Source: Octopus sinensis (Eukaryota). Taken from it: DNA of 8,102 nucleotides. Positions 7,931 to 8,102 of the stretch are shown piece after piece. Numbering within the stretch: position 1 is the first letter of the stretch; every line of letters starts with the position of its first letter. The notes beneath the pieces are model-generated. The model worked only from the letters and a program-made list of their open reading frames with translations. It made no database searches and had not been told where the DNA came from. The stretch covers positions 1-8,102 of the forward strand of contig NW_021828503.1 of NCBI RefSeq assembly GCF_006345805.1, read 5' to 3'. Both the position numbers and the translations under genes were made by a program.

Positions 7931-8102
7931 GATTATATTTTTACAATGGGTGGGGATTGTGACTTCGAAGTTCCGGTCTAGGTAACCCTTCGTCTTTTTT
8001 TCTTCTTGATCCACCTCTTTGTTCATTTTTCTTTTCTTCGGTTAGATAATGTTGGTAAAGATACAGTAGAAAAAGAAATCTTTAATTTGGAGGAAGCTGT
8101 GA

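Noticed and set aside
7982-8045. 64-nt GT-AG mini-intron linking 7946-7981 to the exon candidate at 8046
   Set aside because: The spliced frames hit stops (TAG at the junction, TAA just after it, or TGA at 7960).

Overview
AT-rich eukaryotic, repeat-dominated DNA with no intact protein-coding gene that I can support. The compound (TA)n/(CA)n/(AAT)n microsatellites and the tRNA-derived SINE families look like an octopus (coleoid cephalopod) genome; this is inferred from pattern recognition, not a database search. Nearly all listed ORFs are microsatellite artefacts. Contents: (i) four (AAT)n tracts separated by three same-strand retroelement 3' ends, one encoding the C-terminal restriction-like endonuclease region of an R4/Dong-type LINE; (ii) three tRNA-SINE families, including a chimeric copy, a head-to-tail trimer inside one 18-bp TSD, and an inverted pair with the same head but different 3' modules; (iii) a tandem array of a TTAA-bounded MITE-like repeat holding two nested insertions (the SINE trimer and a TA-flanked MITE); (iv) a speculative 201-nt exon-like island on the minus strand with a single in-frame TGA.
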